From the IMG/VR virus record IMGVR_UViG_3300045988_006728: a stretch of 64,000 nt of DNA; one strand, written 5' to 3'. Shown here in pieces: positions 34,958 through 44,863 of the stretch. Source of the DNA: a virus (lineage: Duplodnaviria > Heunggongvirae > Uroviricota > Caudoviricetes). Both the position numbers and the translations under genes were made by a program. Below the pieces are notes generated by a model. It was not told the origin of the DNA. It was given only the letters and a program-made list of their open reading frames with translations, and did no database searches. Position 1 is the first letter of the stretch; the number at the start of each line of letters is the position of its first letter.

Positions 34958-35105
34958 TATCTCTGCTTATAGCATCACCATGTAACTTGTATACTCTGCA
35001 ATCTTGCATCTCTGGTGGGAGGCTATAAGAAGCATTTTTATCTTCATAAGAAGGGTTGCAGCCAGATAGAAAAATAACACCAAGCGCAATTACCACTTTC
35101 CACAT
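34869..35105 (-). CDS. Small lipoprotein (signal peptide plus lipobox LSGC); candidate superinfection-exclusion protein
   Basis: 78 aa from the internal ATG preceded by an AGGAG RBS; MWKVVIALGVIFLSGCNP. Confidence 0.5.
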   Translation of the reverse strand: MWKVVIALGVIFLSGCNPSYEDKNASYSLPPEMQDCRVYKLHGDAISRDIVVVRCPNSQTTTSYSYGKNGQSHTTVIE

Positions 35106-35760
35106 AACACTACTCCTATTACTGTTCACGATGTTCTACTTCTCTGTACGTTCGTCGATAGTATATAATAAGCTGTGCTAACTCGTTGCTTTTAACATCT
35201 GAACGTAGCAGTTGCCAATCAAAACCTTTACCGACTCTTCCATATAAACTAAACAGTTTTACTTTGCGTTTCATTTTGGTATACCAATACTCAGAAGTCA
35301 ATATTAATACGTTCGCCCTTAAGGACTCCAGTACGGTCTCTTGCAATCTTGCCGTCAACAATAAGGATATGTGCAGCCCTTAAAGAGTCACTATTAAAAG
35401 CTTTTACGAACTTACTAGGCATCACTACAATGGGCATCTCCTGAATCAACTCTGGAGTATAGCAATTGTCGTGAAGTTGCTGAATAACGTCTGCAAGTGT
35501 CATTTTTGATGTCTCCAATACTCAATGTCAATAAGTTCTTGTGCAATGCTTTTAAGGTTACCTTTCAAGAAAACCTTCTCAGAACCTGAAAGAGATGAAT
35601 TGTCAATTAACCTGTTCATTCTCTCAAACAACTTCTGCTTACGATTTTTGATAGTCTCCTTTGAAGCACCTTTCATCATTGCTGCATGGGTTCTTCCACG
35701 ATGGCTCATAATCCCTCCTATACAAGATGTAGTATAAGGTACTCTTCCCTGAGCACCTTG

Positions 35761-36324
35761 TCAACTTAGTTTTGCAAACTCTCCGTGGAGTTTAATAGCA
35801 GCTTCACAGTAAGCTTTATGGGCTTCTTCTGGTGTGTCAAACATACCAAGATGATAGTTTTTACCTTGTAAACGTATCATTGCTCGAAACCTTTTACTTA
35901 TCTTCTGTACACCTTTTGGCAACCCAGATGGGGACTTTCTTGACCGATTGCAAGAGTTTTGTGAAGCTGTACAAACCCTTAAATTCAAGTACCTATTGTC
36001 CCAACCGTCCCCATTCTTATGGTCAACCTGTAAGTTTTTATCAGGCAGGTATCCATCCACATATAGTATTGCTAGACGGTTAGCTTGGTAGCCTTTACCA
36101 TCAAGCAATAACTGAACAGACTTGTGACCATCTGTGTTTATCCTATAATTTCCTGCCTTTTTACCTCCAAAACGAGAGTTGAAGTTCTTATTGCCTCGTG
36201 ATACCGGCTCTCTAAACTTCCAAGTAAAGACCCCTGTTTCGGGGTCGTAGTCCAATAGCTCCTTAAGACGAATTTCTGTAATCATTTCAACACCATCAAT
36301 GTACTTCCAACCAGCTCTTACCAA
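35761..36324 (-). CDS. HNH homing endonuclease with AP2-type DNA-binding domain
   Basis: 187 aa; HNH region QVDHKNGDGWDNRYLNLRVC...N.CN; overlaps the 3' end of the polymerase gene by 29 nt; paralog of 45864-46388. Confidence 0.7.
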   Translation of the reverse strand: MVRAGWKYIDGVEMITEIRLKELLDYDPETGVFTWKFREPVSRGNKNFNSRFGGKKAGNYRINTDGHKSVQLLLDGKGYQANRLAILYVDGYLPDKNLQVDHKNGDGWDNRYLNLRVCTASQNSCNRSRKSPSGLPKGVQKISKRFRAMIRLQGKNYHLGMFDTPEEAHKAYCEAAIKLHGEFAKLS

Positions 36325-38995
36325 CCTTACCTGTGCCAGTTACAAGCGTCTCACTCTTCAAACCTAAATTCTTAGATGCCTGACCATACATCCAGTCAGT
36401 TATGGCTTTCACTTCTTGAGTCATACTTTCTGGACATTCCCAACTGTTTTCATCGTGGTATGCCAGCAAAAGCCTAGCACCAATTGCTGGTTTTCGTCCA
36501 TTTAATTTTGTCAACCCTTCTTCACATGCTCTTCTACAAGCAAGGTTAATTGCCTCATTTTGAATCTGAGCCTCCGAACCCATGAGCAAATAATTCAATA
36601 ACTTATGTGGAGATTTACACCACAACCAAGCTCCAGCAACCTTTACAAAACCCCCTTTAGAGATTGCAGCAGTCTTACCAAACACCTCTTCAAGTGCCTT
36701 TTTAGTTGCTTTGTAGTCAGCTTCCAAGTCATCTAACAGCTTCTTAATTTTAGGCAAACGGATAAAGTAAGTCTGTTTAGTCAGCGCACCTTCCTGAGTA
36801 GTTGCAGCCTTAATCGTCTTAGCAAACTTCTCATCACCTGCACCGAACAGCAGTGCATAGATACCATTCTTAGCTTTCTTACGGCCTTTGCTAATCTCAT
36901 GAAGAAGATTCTCATCCTGAGTAGCTCGACAAGTCAAGATATCCTGCTCATCATTCAAGCTAAAGTAAATACTGTTCAATGTATGTGCATCAGTCCCTGA
37001 ATAGACAACGTACAGGTCATTCTCAGAGTCATAGCGAAGGTACTTATCAATCTCTGGGTTGAGGTACTCATCAAAATGTTTGCAGTAATAGCGTCCATCT
37101 TCTTGACGAATGAACTCAATTTCTTCTTTACCTTGCGTTACCGCTTTGGTGAAGTCTTTATCACCCATAAAGTTACAAAGAAGAACTAGCTGGGCTGAGT
37201 TCATATCTACAGAGACAACGTTAGTACCTTCCTCACAAATCCATACTGCCCTCATTGGTTCTCCATAGACAGCAGCACCAGACGGTACGTTTACAATACC
37301 ATACTGTGTCATACGTCCAGTTGAAGTACCAAACACCATTGCACCAGCACTAAGGCGACCATCAGGACGAATCTGGTTAAGCCAACCTTTTTCATCATCC
37401 TTTGAGTTCTCAATAGTTCTGCGTCGGTGCATCAAAGTATAGTACTTAGCAATCTTCTGTCCAAGCTCACCTTCAATCGTATCATAAGATGATTCAGTAA
37501 GTTTTGGTGAAGTACGGATTAAGCAAGGTTCAAGCAAATCTGTGTATTTCTTCACAGACCAGTTATGCTCGATGTACTGTACACCTTCATGTTCAACATA
37601 ACTCAAACCACACCGCTCAACCATTTCCTGCCACTTAGGATGCTTTGTAATCATCTTTTTATTGTCTTTGAAACGACAAACTTTGACAGGGCGACCATCT
37701 GAGTCTTTCTTGTAATTCCAGTCATCTGGAACCCAACCAACTGATTTCAAGTAGTCTTTAACAACTGCTACCTGAGTCATACGAGAAACTTCAAACTCAA
37801 TTGGTGTATATGGCGCATCAATCAAACCTGTGTAGCGACTTGACTCAAGTTCAAAGTGGTTAACAACGTGGCTGTTATAGTACTTCACAGTTTTGACTGT
37901 TTTTACTGGTTTCCAGTCTTTGCATTTCTTACCAATCTTTGCGTTCAACTCATTGCAAATTGCACGAGCATCCTTCATTGCTACAAAACCCTCCTTGTAC
38001 TCTTCACCAGTTACAGAGTTGGTTGGTGTATAGCAATTTCTCTTTTCAATGTTAAAAATCTTTGTAGTTGGCTTACCAAATGGTTTGATTTCATAAGTCT
38101 GCATCTCACCATTACGCACCTGCTGACGATACTTCGTCTTAGGGTACTTGGTAATTCTTTTCAGTCCATCTGCATGACCAAATGCTTCAACATACTCATT
38201 CCAAGCTTTTGCAAACTCTTCTCCAGTGACTTTACCTTTGGTCTTAATAGTTGGAGGTAGATGCGGTTCAACTTCTGAAGCAAGCTCATTAGTCAACTTG
38301 TCAAGTTCCTTTACATGGAACTCCATAAGCTCTTTATCAGCTTTCCAGCCATTGATAGCTTGTTGACTCATCCAGAAAGATGTTTCTTTAGCTCGCATGT
38401 AGGTTTCATAAGTGTCTATGCCACACTTCTTAAGCTTGAGATATTCATTATCAAGTGCCCGTTTAGTTTTGGCGTTAATACGGATATCTTCTACAACACG
38501 AGTGAAGATTTCTGCATTCCACACACCCCAATGTTCAATCTCTGGTTTACGAACACCAACACGAGCACCCCATGCAGCCAAACCATGAGCACCTTTATAG
38601 CCCTTTGGAGTTGGTCTATCCATCCACTGAACACGAGACTGGATAAGAGAATCCTGAAAGAAATTACTCCACGGTTTACACTTTGGATTATCAAAGTTCC
38701 ATAAATCAGGTGCAATGTGATTGAAAACCCACCAGTCATAACCGAGACCATTATGGATGCAAAGACGTTTTGCCTTTAACGCAAACTCAATGCCTTCACG
38801 TAAGCCACCCTTAATGTACTTGGTATACTTGTGACCGAGGATAGGCTCATCTGTAAAGACCCATACAGGCGGCTCTTCATCGTCAGATTTATAGTCTGCG
38901 AAAGCCATTACGTGCACTTTAGTGAACTCAAGGAGTAAACCATCAGTTTCTGTATCACCAACTAAATGTAAGTTTTTAAAATCTACGTTTTCCAT
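36296..38995 (-). CDS. DNA polymerase, family A, with 3'-5' exonuclease domain
   Basis: C-terminal motifs VVSVDMNSAQL (A), KKAKNGIYALLFGAG (B) and LLAYHDE (C); likely start at 38995 with a GAGGGAG RBS (track ORF extends to 39025). Confidence 0.8.
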   Translation of the reverse strand: MENVDFKNLHLVGDTETDGLLLEFTKVHVMAFADYKSDDEEPPVWVFTDEPILGHKYTKYIKGGLREGIEFALKAKRLCIHNGLGYDWWVFNHIAPDLWNFDNPKCKPWSNFFQDSLIQSRVQWMDRPTPKGYKGAHGLAAWGARVGVRKPEIEHWGVWNAEIFTRVVEDIRINAKTKRALDNEYLKLKKCGIDTYETYMRAKETSFWMSQQAINGWKADKELMEFHVKELDKLTNELASEVEPHLPPTIKTKGKVTGEEFAKAWNEYVEAFGHADGLKRITKYPKTKYRQQVRNGEMQTYEIKPFGKPTTKIFNIEKRNCYTPTNSVTGEEYKEGFVAMKDARAICNELNAKIGKKCKDWKPVKTVKTVKYYNSHVVNHFELESSRYTGLIDAPYTPIEFEVSRMTQVAVVKDYLKSVGWVPDDWNYKKDSDGRPVKVCRFKDNKKMITKHPKWQEMVERCGLSYVEHEGVQYIEHNWSVKKYTDLLEPCLIRTSPKLTESSYDTIEGELGQKIAKYYTLMHRRRTIENSKDDEKGWLNQIRPDGRLSAGAMVFGTSTGRMTQYGIVNVPSGAAVYGEPMRAVWICEEGTNVVSVDMNSAQLVLLCNFMGDKDFTKAVTQGKEEIEFIRQEDGRYYCKHFDEYLNPEIDKYLRYDSENDLYVVYSGTDAHTLNSIYFSLNDEQDILTCRATQDENLLHEISKGRKKAKNGIYALLFGAGDEKFAKTIKAATTQEGALTKQTYFIRLPKIKKLLDDLEADYKATKKALEEVFGKTAAISKGGFVKVAGAWLWCKSPHKLLNYLLMGSEAQIQNEAINLACRRACEEGLTKLNGRKPAIGARLLLAYHDENSWECPESMTQEVKAITDWMYGQASKNLGLKSETLVTGTGKVGKSWLEVH

Positions 38996-39054
38996 TTTTA
39001 CTCCCTCTAAAATCATTAACCTCATACATTACTGCAAAAAATTATAAAAAGCAA

Positions 39055-39095
39055 GTTGACAATGCACTTGACAAGGTGTTAATCTTTGCGAAGTG
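39055..39095 (+). promoter_or_regulatory. Promoter with duplicated TTGACA and conserved CTTGACAAGGTG 12-mer in a divergent AT-rich control region
   Basis: Same TTGACA-N6-TTGACA architecture as in the terminal repeat; ACTTAAAAGGTT motif follows at 39106. Confidence 0.45.
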
Positions 39096-39252
39096 GGTTT
39101 TTACTTAAAAGGTTACTTAACAGTTTAACTATACAGATACTTTAAAACTCTTAAAAGATTATTTAATAGCTTTTAAAAAGCTTTAAAGTATAACGTATAG
39201 AATACGTTAAGATAAAAGATTAAAACTTAATAGTTACTTAAAAGAGGCTTAC

Positions 39253-39675
39253 ATGCAGAAAATGTTTGTTCACCCAGACATAGCTGACTTTGTTAGAGCT
39301 TTGCAGAAGTTGGAAGAACTTGACATTGCTGCTCAACGGGAATATGCTCACCATCACAGGAGAATGGTTGATATACAACATGAAATAGAGTTGTCTGAAA
39401 ACTATGAAGATGACTTAAAATGCTCTGTATTTGAGCATATGAAAGATGTTGCTACAGCTAGACGTAAAGCTAAAGACACAGTTGCTTTACTAGATTCTCT
39501 TAAAAAGAGGTTGCAAAGTGGTACAGACTTGTGTAATCTAGCGTCACTGATTAACGATGTTGAAACTTCTTGGGATAGGCACTATTATCCACGTTCTGAA
39601 AAGACACTTGACTTTTCTTCATCAGAAAACTTAAAATGTTCTAGAAAGAAACTTAACCAACTGAGAGAGAAATAA
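39253..39675 (+). CDS. Hypothetical protein
   Basis: 140-aa ORF. Confidence 0.4.
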   Translation: MQKMFVHPDIADFVRALQKLEELDIAAQREYAHHHRRMVDIQHEIELSENYEDDLKCSVFEHMKDVATARRKAKDTVALLDSLKKRLQSGTDLCNLASLINDVETSWDRHYYPRSEKTLDFSSSENLKCSRKKLNQLREK

Positions 39676-39676
39676 T

Positions 39677-40477
39677 ATGAATATCAATGTAGAAAAGATG
39701 CTTGAAGAAAAAGGTATTAACGAAGCATTTTTAATCAATGCCGTAGAAAGCATGGCTATGATTCTTCGTGGGAACAACTACACAGAACAGTTTATGCCTG
39801 CAAGCTACAACTTGCCTGAAGACAAGTCTGATAACGGTGCTTTTGCAGAACAGGTCAACATGATGCTTTGTGACAAAAAACTTGCTTTAGCATCTATTGT
39901 TGTAGGTGTCGATGCTCTTGCAGAGTTCATTTTTTATGAGATGCAGAAAAATGACTATATTGCCATGACCTCTGAAGAAAAAGACTCACTACTGCTCTTA
40001 GATAATAATGAGCTAATTGACCTGTTAATTTCGTCAACGAGTGCTGTTATGGCTGCGCTTGAGAAGCGCATGGAAGAGAAACTTTCACGATATGAAAAAC
40101 TTGATTGGGGCGTAGAAGAATTAAACCCACGAATCAAAGAGATTATACAGCAAACTAAAGAGTCTTTGGAAGAAGCTGTTGAAAATGACTCTGTAGCTGA
40201 TATAGAACCACTTCAGGTGAAAGTTACACTGATGATTCCAGCTATCTCCACGATGATGAAAATCGTTGCACTAATCCAACTTTCACAGATGATGGGTGTG
40301 AGTATTGAGTTAATTGAGGAGATGACTGGTGGCGTTAGTATGCAAGCAATCAATGATGTTTTGGTGAACATTGGTGCTTCAATCATTGAAGAGAAACTAC
40401 GCATTAACTTCGGTGATGATTTTGTGAAGCAAATCTCAGCTATGGCTGAAAAAGAGTCTGCTGAGCAACTGCACTAA
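39677..40477 (+). CDS. Hypothetical protein
   Basis: 266-aa ORF followed by a terminator hairpin. Confidence 0.4.
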   Translation: MNINVEKMLEEKGINEAFLINAVESMAMILRGNNYTEQFMPASYNLPEDKSDNGAFAEQVNMMLCDKKLALASIVVGVDALAEFIFYEMQKNDYIAMTSEEKDSLLLLDNNELIDLLISSTSAVMAALEKRMEEKLSRYEKLDWGVEELNPRIKEIIQQTKESLEEAVENDSVADIEPLQVKVTLMIPAISTMMKIVALIQLSQMMGVSIELIEEMTGGVSMQAINDVLVNIGASIIEEKLRINFGDDFVKQISAMAEKESAEQLH

Positions 40478-40538
40478 GTCTTTATAAATCTTACAAGCCT
40501 CCTTAGTTGGGGGCTTTTTAGTAATTAAGGGAGATAAA

Positions 40539-41282
40539 ATGAGTAATATTATCGCATTTACTGGAAAGGCACGTTCTGGAAAAGACACCTCATGTTCTAT
40601 TGTGAAGAACATCTTAGAGGATGAGTATGGCTACAATGTTGCTGTAATGGCCTTTGCAGACAACCTTAAACTATCTGCATCAAAGATATTTGACTTGACT
40701 TGGAATGACCTGTACGGTGAAACTAAAGAGACTCCACAGGTTTTTGACTTATCATACTCTGAACTGATGTTTAAAGTTACGGAAGCTATGGAGTTCACCT
40801 TCAGAGATGAACGTTACCATATGGACTTCAAGCTTATGTCAGAGTTAACCGGACGATTAATCATGGAGCTTAAGAAGGTTGCTAAACCGACTCTATTGAC
40901 ACGTCTGGGGTTTAGTAAAAAGTATAAATTCTCATCAAGACAAATTCAACAGATTTGGGGTACTGAAGTTGTCCGTAAAGTAATGGGCGACAAGTTCTGG
41001 TCTAAAGACCTTGAAAAAAGAATGGTTAGATTCCATGAAATGTGCTCACTTAGAAATCAATATGGTTTTGTCTTAATCAGTGATTTAAGATTTGACTCTG
41101 AAGCTGAATGGCTGAGTAGATTTGCACACCAAACTATTGAAGTAAAAAGAGACAATGTGGACAAAGTTTCATCACATGTTTCAGAAAATGGGATTTCTAC
41201 AAAATATGAGCGTGACATTATTCATAATAATGGTACTCTTGCAGACCTTGAGAACAAGCTAAGAGCCATCATTAAAGTTTAA
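40539..41282 (+). CDS. Deoxynucleoside monophosphate kinase
   Basis: 247 aa; N-terminal P-loop AFTGKARSGKDT matches the phage dNMP kinase signature as recalled. Confidence 0.7.
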   Translation: MSNIIAFTGKARSGKDTSCSIVKNILEDEYGYNVAVMAFADNLKLSASKIFDLTWNDLYGETKETPQVFDLSYSELMFKVTEAMEFTFRDERYHMDFKLMSELTGRLIMELKKVAKPTLLTRLGFSKKYKFSSRQIQQIWGTEVVRKVMGDKFWSKDLEKRMVRFHEMCSLRNQYGFVLISDLRFDSEAEWLSRFAHQTIEVKRDNVDKVSSHVSENGISTKYERDIIHNNGTLADLENKLRAIIKV

Positions 41283-41477
41283 AAGAGAGAATGAAGATGA
41301 GAGTAAAAGACAATTTTAAAGTTATTGACCACCGTTTAGTGGAACTCTCATCTCTTTCCAATGAGGTAATGATTGAACGTCTTAAGAGAGTTGAATCACG
41401 AAGGAAAGAGATTGCAGATGAAATTCATGAACTGGACAAGATTGAAAATGGATTGAAGGCAGAACTACAACGAAGAG

Positions 41478-43469
41478 GTGCTAATGTCTAAAGGTCGTAA
41501 ATTGAAAGAGGCTGGTCAGTTTGTTGGTCATTGCGCATGTCCACGTTGTGGTTCATCAGATGCTGGTTCAATCTATCATCATGACGATGATTCTTATTCA
41601 ATGACTTGCTTTAGTTGTAACAAAGGTTTCCCAGAGTGGGATTTTGATAAAGGACAAATCGTGAGCACTTATTCTACTGGTTCAGACAATAAAAACCGTA
41701 CTTTCCGTGGAATGGATTTAGACGATGTGAAAGAAAACCTTGAAGCAATGGACTTAAAGGATAGGAAGATTCCTGCAAAAGTCCTTGAACGCTTAGGTAT
41801 CAAGGTTGACATTGACAGTGACGGTGAAATTGATGCGCACTTCTATCCAACTTACAAACGTAATGAAGATGGTAAGCTAGAACATGTTGGCTACCGTGTT
41901 CGTCACCGTTACCCAGAAGACCATCCAAAAGAGCACCTACGTGGTAAGTTAAAAGACTTTTCTGGTGGTGTTGGAGACATTAAAGGTGAACTAGCAATGT
42001 TCGGTTCATGGATTGCTCCAGAAGGTGGTAACCGTCTATTCATCTGGGAAGGTGAGATGGAATGTGCGACAGCAATCTATATGACTTCTCTTGCGATTAA
42101 GGACAAGTCTCGTCGTAAGAATTACTGTCACGTATCTGTTCCATCAGGTGCAAACATTAAGTCTATCAAAGACAACTATCAGTACATCACATCATTTGAT
42201 GAGATTTACTTGTGCTTTGATAACGATGAAGCAGGTGCTAAAGCTACCAAAGAGGCTGCTGGTATCCTACCTATTGAGAAGGTTCGCTTATTCCAGTATC
42301 CAGAAGGTGTAAAAGACCTTAACGAGTGGTGGACAAAGTTCTATAAAGAGAAAGATACAGTTCTGGAAGGATTTAAGCAGCGTATCTACAATGCACCTCG
42401 TTACTGTCCTGCTGGTATCAAGAACTTTGCAGACGGTTTTGAGGCAATGAAGAATCGTGGTCAGATTCCATTGATTCCTTTCCCAGAATCTTTCGGGGAT
42501 TTGAACAGGCTGACTTATGGTGGTTACGGTTTAGGTGAGATTACAACTCTGGCAGCACCATCTTCAGTGGGTAAATCTGCATACACTCGTGAAATGATTT
42601 ATACTGCTTGGAAGGAAACCGATTACAATATTGGTGTAATTCCAGTTGAAGATACCTATGAAGAGTTGATGGAGATGCTCTGTGCAATTCACCTGAGCAA
42701 GCAGATTTCTGAGATTCCTTATGACGAACGTGATTGGGATGAATTGAAGGAAGCACACGCAGAACTATCTAAAGGTCGTCGTATCCACATCGTAGACCAT
42801 CAAGGGGCAATTGACCAAGATAACTTGCTGGAGTTTGTTGACTATCTTGTTAATAGTTTAGACTGTAAGATTATTATTCTTGACCCTATTACATTGGCCC
42901 TGTCACGTTCAGATACGGATGAAGAGGAAGTTTTATCTGAGCTATTGCGTCGTTGCAAACGCTACCAGTACGCACAGGTGAACGTCTGTCACGTTCGTAA
43001 GAGTGCAGGTGGTCAGAAGGCTAACTCCGAAGGTGGAGATATCTCTGAAGAGGATATTAAAGGTTCTGGTGCGTATTTCCAGATTTCTATGAACAACATT
43101 CTGTTAATGCGTAACAAGGTTGACCCAGACCCTGTTAAGAAAAACTTGACAAAAATCAAGTTAACTAAGTGTCGTCGTCATGGTAAGTCAACAGGTATTG
43201 CTGGTCATACTTGGTACAATCCAGATACAGGACGTCTTATCAAAGCTTCTGGATGTGGTGTTGATATTGATGGTGCAGCAGAAAATATTCGCCAGCAGTT
43301 TGGTATTGGTGAAGCTGAAGACCATTACGATGACTCTTTGCCACATTATGAGGACGAAGTGTTTGACCGTGAGACTGGTGAAGTCTATACTGAAGAGCAG
43401 CGTCAAAGCTCAACGATTCCACCTGTATTAAGTGAGGATGCAGATGACTGCCCGTTCGAAACTGAGTGA
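41478..43469 (+). CDS. Bifunctional DNA primase-helicase (T7 gp4-like)
   Basis: Zn-binding CACPRCG...CFSCN, TOPRIM region (FIWEGEMECATAI, CFDNDEAGAKA), helicase Walker A APSSVGKS and Walker B IIILD. Confidence 0.8.
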   Translation: MLMSKGRKLKEAGQFVGHCACPRCGSSDAGSIYHHDDDSYSMTCFSCNKGFPEWDFDKGQIVSTYSTGSDNKNRTFRGMDLDDVKENLEAMDLKDRKIPAKVLERLGIKVDIDSDGEIDAHFYPTYKRNEDGKLEHVGYRVRHRYPEDHPKEHLRGKLKDFSGGVGDIKGELAMFGSWIAPEGGNRLFIWEGEMECATAIYMTSLAIKDKSRRKNYCHVSVPSGANIKSIKDNYQYITSFDEIYLCFDNDEAGAKATKEAAGILPIEKVRLFQYPEGVKDLNEWWTKFYKEKDTVLEGFKQRIYNAPRYCPAGIKNFADGFEAMKNRGQIPLIPFPESFGDLNRLTYGGYGLGEITTLAAPSSVGKSAYTREMIYTAWKETDYNIGVIPVEDTYEELMEMLCAIHLSKQISEIPYDERDWDELKEAHAELSKGRRIHIVDHQGAIDQDNLLEFVDYLVNSLDCKIIILDPITLALSRSDTDEEEVLSELLRRCKRYQYAQVNVCHVRKSAGGQKANSEGGDISEEDIKGSGAYFQISMNNILLMRNKVDPDPVKKNLTKIKLTKCRRHGKSTGIAGHTWYNPDTGRLIKASGCGVDIDGAAENIRQQFGIGEAEDHYDDSLPHYEDEVFDRETGEVYTEEQRQSSTIPPVLSEDADDCPFETE

Positions 43470-43943
43470 TAGCTATAAAAGAGAGGGGTTCACACCCTTC
43501 TTTGAAGAAAAAAGTTTAAATAAATTTCATGAAGAGTGTTTGACAAAGATTGATAGGTTCTATAGAATGCTCCACATGAAATGCGATGGAGAAGTTGAAA
43601 TAGAACAACAGTTCCATCAAAGTATGATTACAGTCATCATTACACTGCCTCAGCATAATATTGGTTGGCTGTTTATAATGAAAGAAAATGTGTTTGAATA
43701 TCAAGTATATCGGAGAATATCATGAAACACTCTAAAGCATTTGAAAAAGTTTTTGGGGATTCCTTAAAAGCCACTGCTGGAAAACCAGCAAAATACTATG
43801 AAGAAAAACGTGTAAGAACTGGAAAAACTGCACGTAAAGCAGCTTCTAAAGATAAGCACAACTTCCAGTAATTAGTATTTGACAATAGAGTATCAACAAA
43901 TTAGAATTGGTACTCTTCATAAATTGAGATAGAGGTTTAAATA

Positions 43944-44801
43944 ATGTCTAAAGTTGTTAAAATGAAAGCTCCGGTAGAGAAGTACAACGGTACTGAACGT
44001 CAAACTCTGCGTTACCTGCTGAAAGATGTCTGGTTTTATTACCTGAACACTTCACCACGTCCGGGTAAAGGTAAATCTATTGACAAGAAATTCCCAGGAA
44101 AAGATTGTAACTACAGCGTATCAATTCTGGCAGAAGACGGTAACAAACTCTTTAAAGAGTTTACTAAGTCTAAGAAGAACCCAGAAGGTTGGGATAAAGT
44201 TACTACTGAAGCAGTTGATGCAGATGACTTCGAAGAGAAGTTTGGTTGCAAACCACCTTTTGAAGCAGACACTTACTACATCTTGAAAGTAAGTCGTGCA
44301 GCAGCTTATAAAGATGGTGCTGTATGGACAGCTAAACAGTCATTCCCTGTTATGCTTATTGAAGAAGTAAATGGTAAGCGTGTAGCTGTTAAACAGCCGA
44401 TGAAGAAAATTAAAGCTCAAGCATCTGATAAACACGAAGATGACAAGAACTATGATGTAATTCATCCAGATATTGCAGTTGGTAACGGTTCTTTTGGTAG
44501 TGTGATTCTTTCTACTCACTTCTACACTTTTGAGAACAATGTTCTGACAAAACCTATTCAGGAACAGTTTATCATTGATACTCTTGTACCTTACACTGGT
44601 GGTAACGGTGCTAATGGTGAACCTGAACTGGATGAAGATGAACTGGCTATGCTTGGTCTTGATGGTGTTGAAGATAACGGTGAAATCACTGAAGAAGACG
44701 CAACAGACCATAAATCTTCGAATGATTCTGATGATGGTGATGATGAAGACTTGCCAGACCCAGATGACGAAGAAGATGAAGACTTCGATACAGAAGACTA
44801 A
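43944..44801 (+). CDS. Single-stranded DNA-binding protein (putative) with acidic C-terminal tail
   Basis: 285 aa; C-terminus DDGDDEDLPDPDDEEDEDFDTED; preceded by a strong promoter (TTGACA-17-TAGAAT). Confidence 0.45.
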   Translation: MSKVVKMKAPVEKYNGTERQTLRYLLKDVWFYYLNTSPRPGKGKSIDKKFPGKDCNYSVSILAEDGNKLFKEFTKSKKNPEGWDKVTTEAVDADDFEEKFGCKPPFEADTYYILKVSRAAAYKDGAVWTAKQSFPVMLIEEVNGKRVAVKQPMKKIKAQASDKHEDDKNYDVIHPDIAVGNGSFGSVILSTHFYTFENNVLTKPIQEQFIIDTLVPYTGGNGANGEPELDEDELAMLGLDGVEDNGEITEEDATDHKSSNDSDDGDDEDLPDPDDEEDEDFDTED

Positions 44802-44863
44802 TCTCTAAAAGTTACTTTAAAGCCCTGTACTTAGTATGGGGCTTTTTCATATGGAGAGCCATA

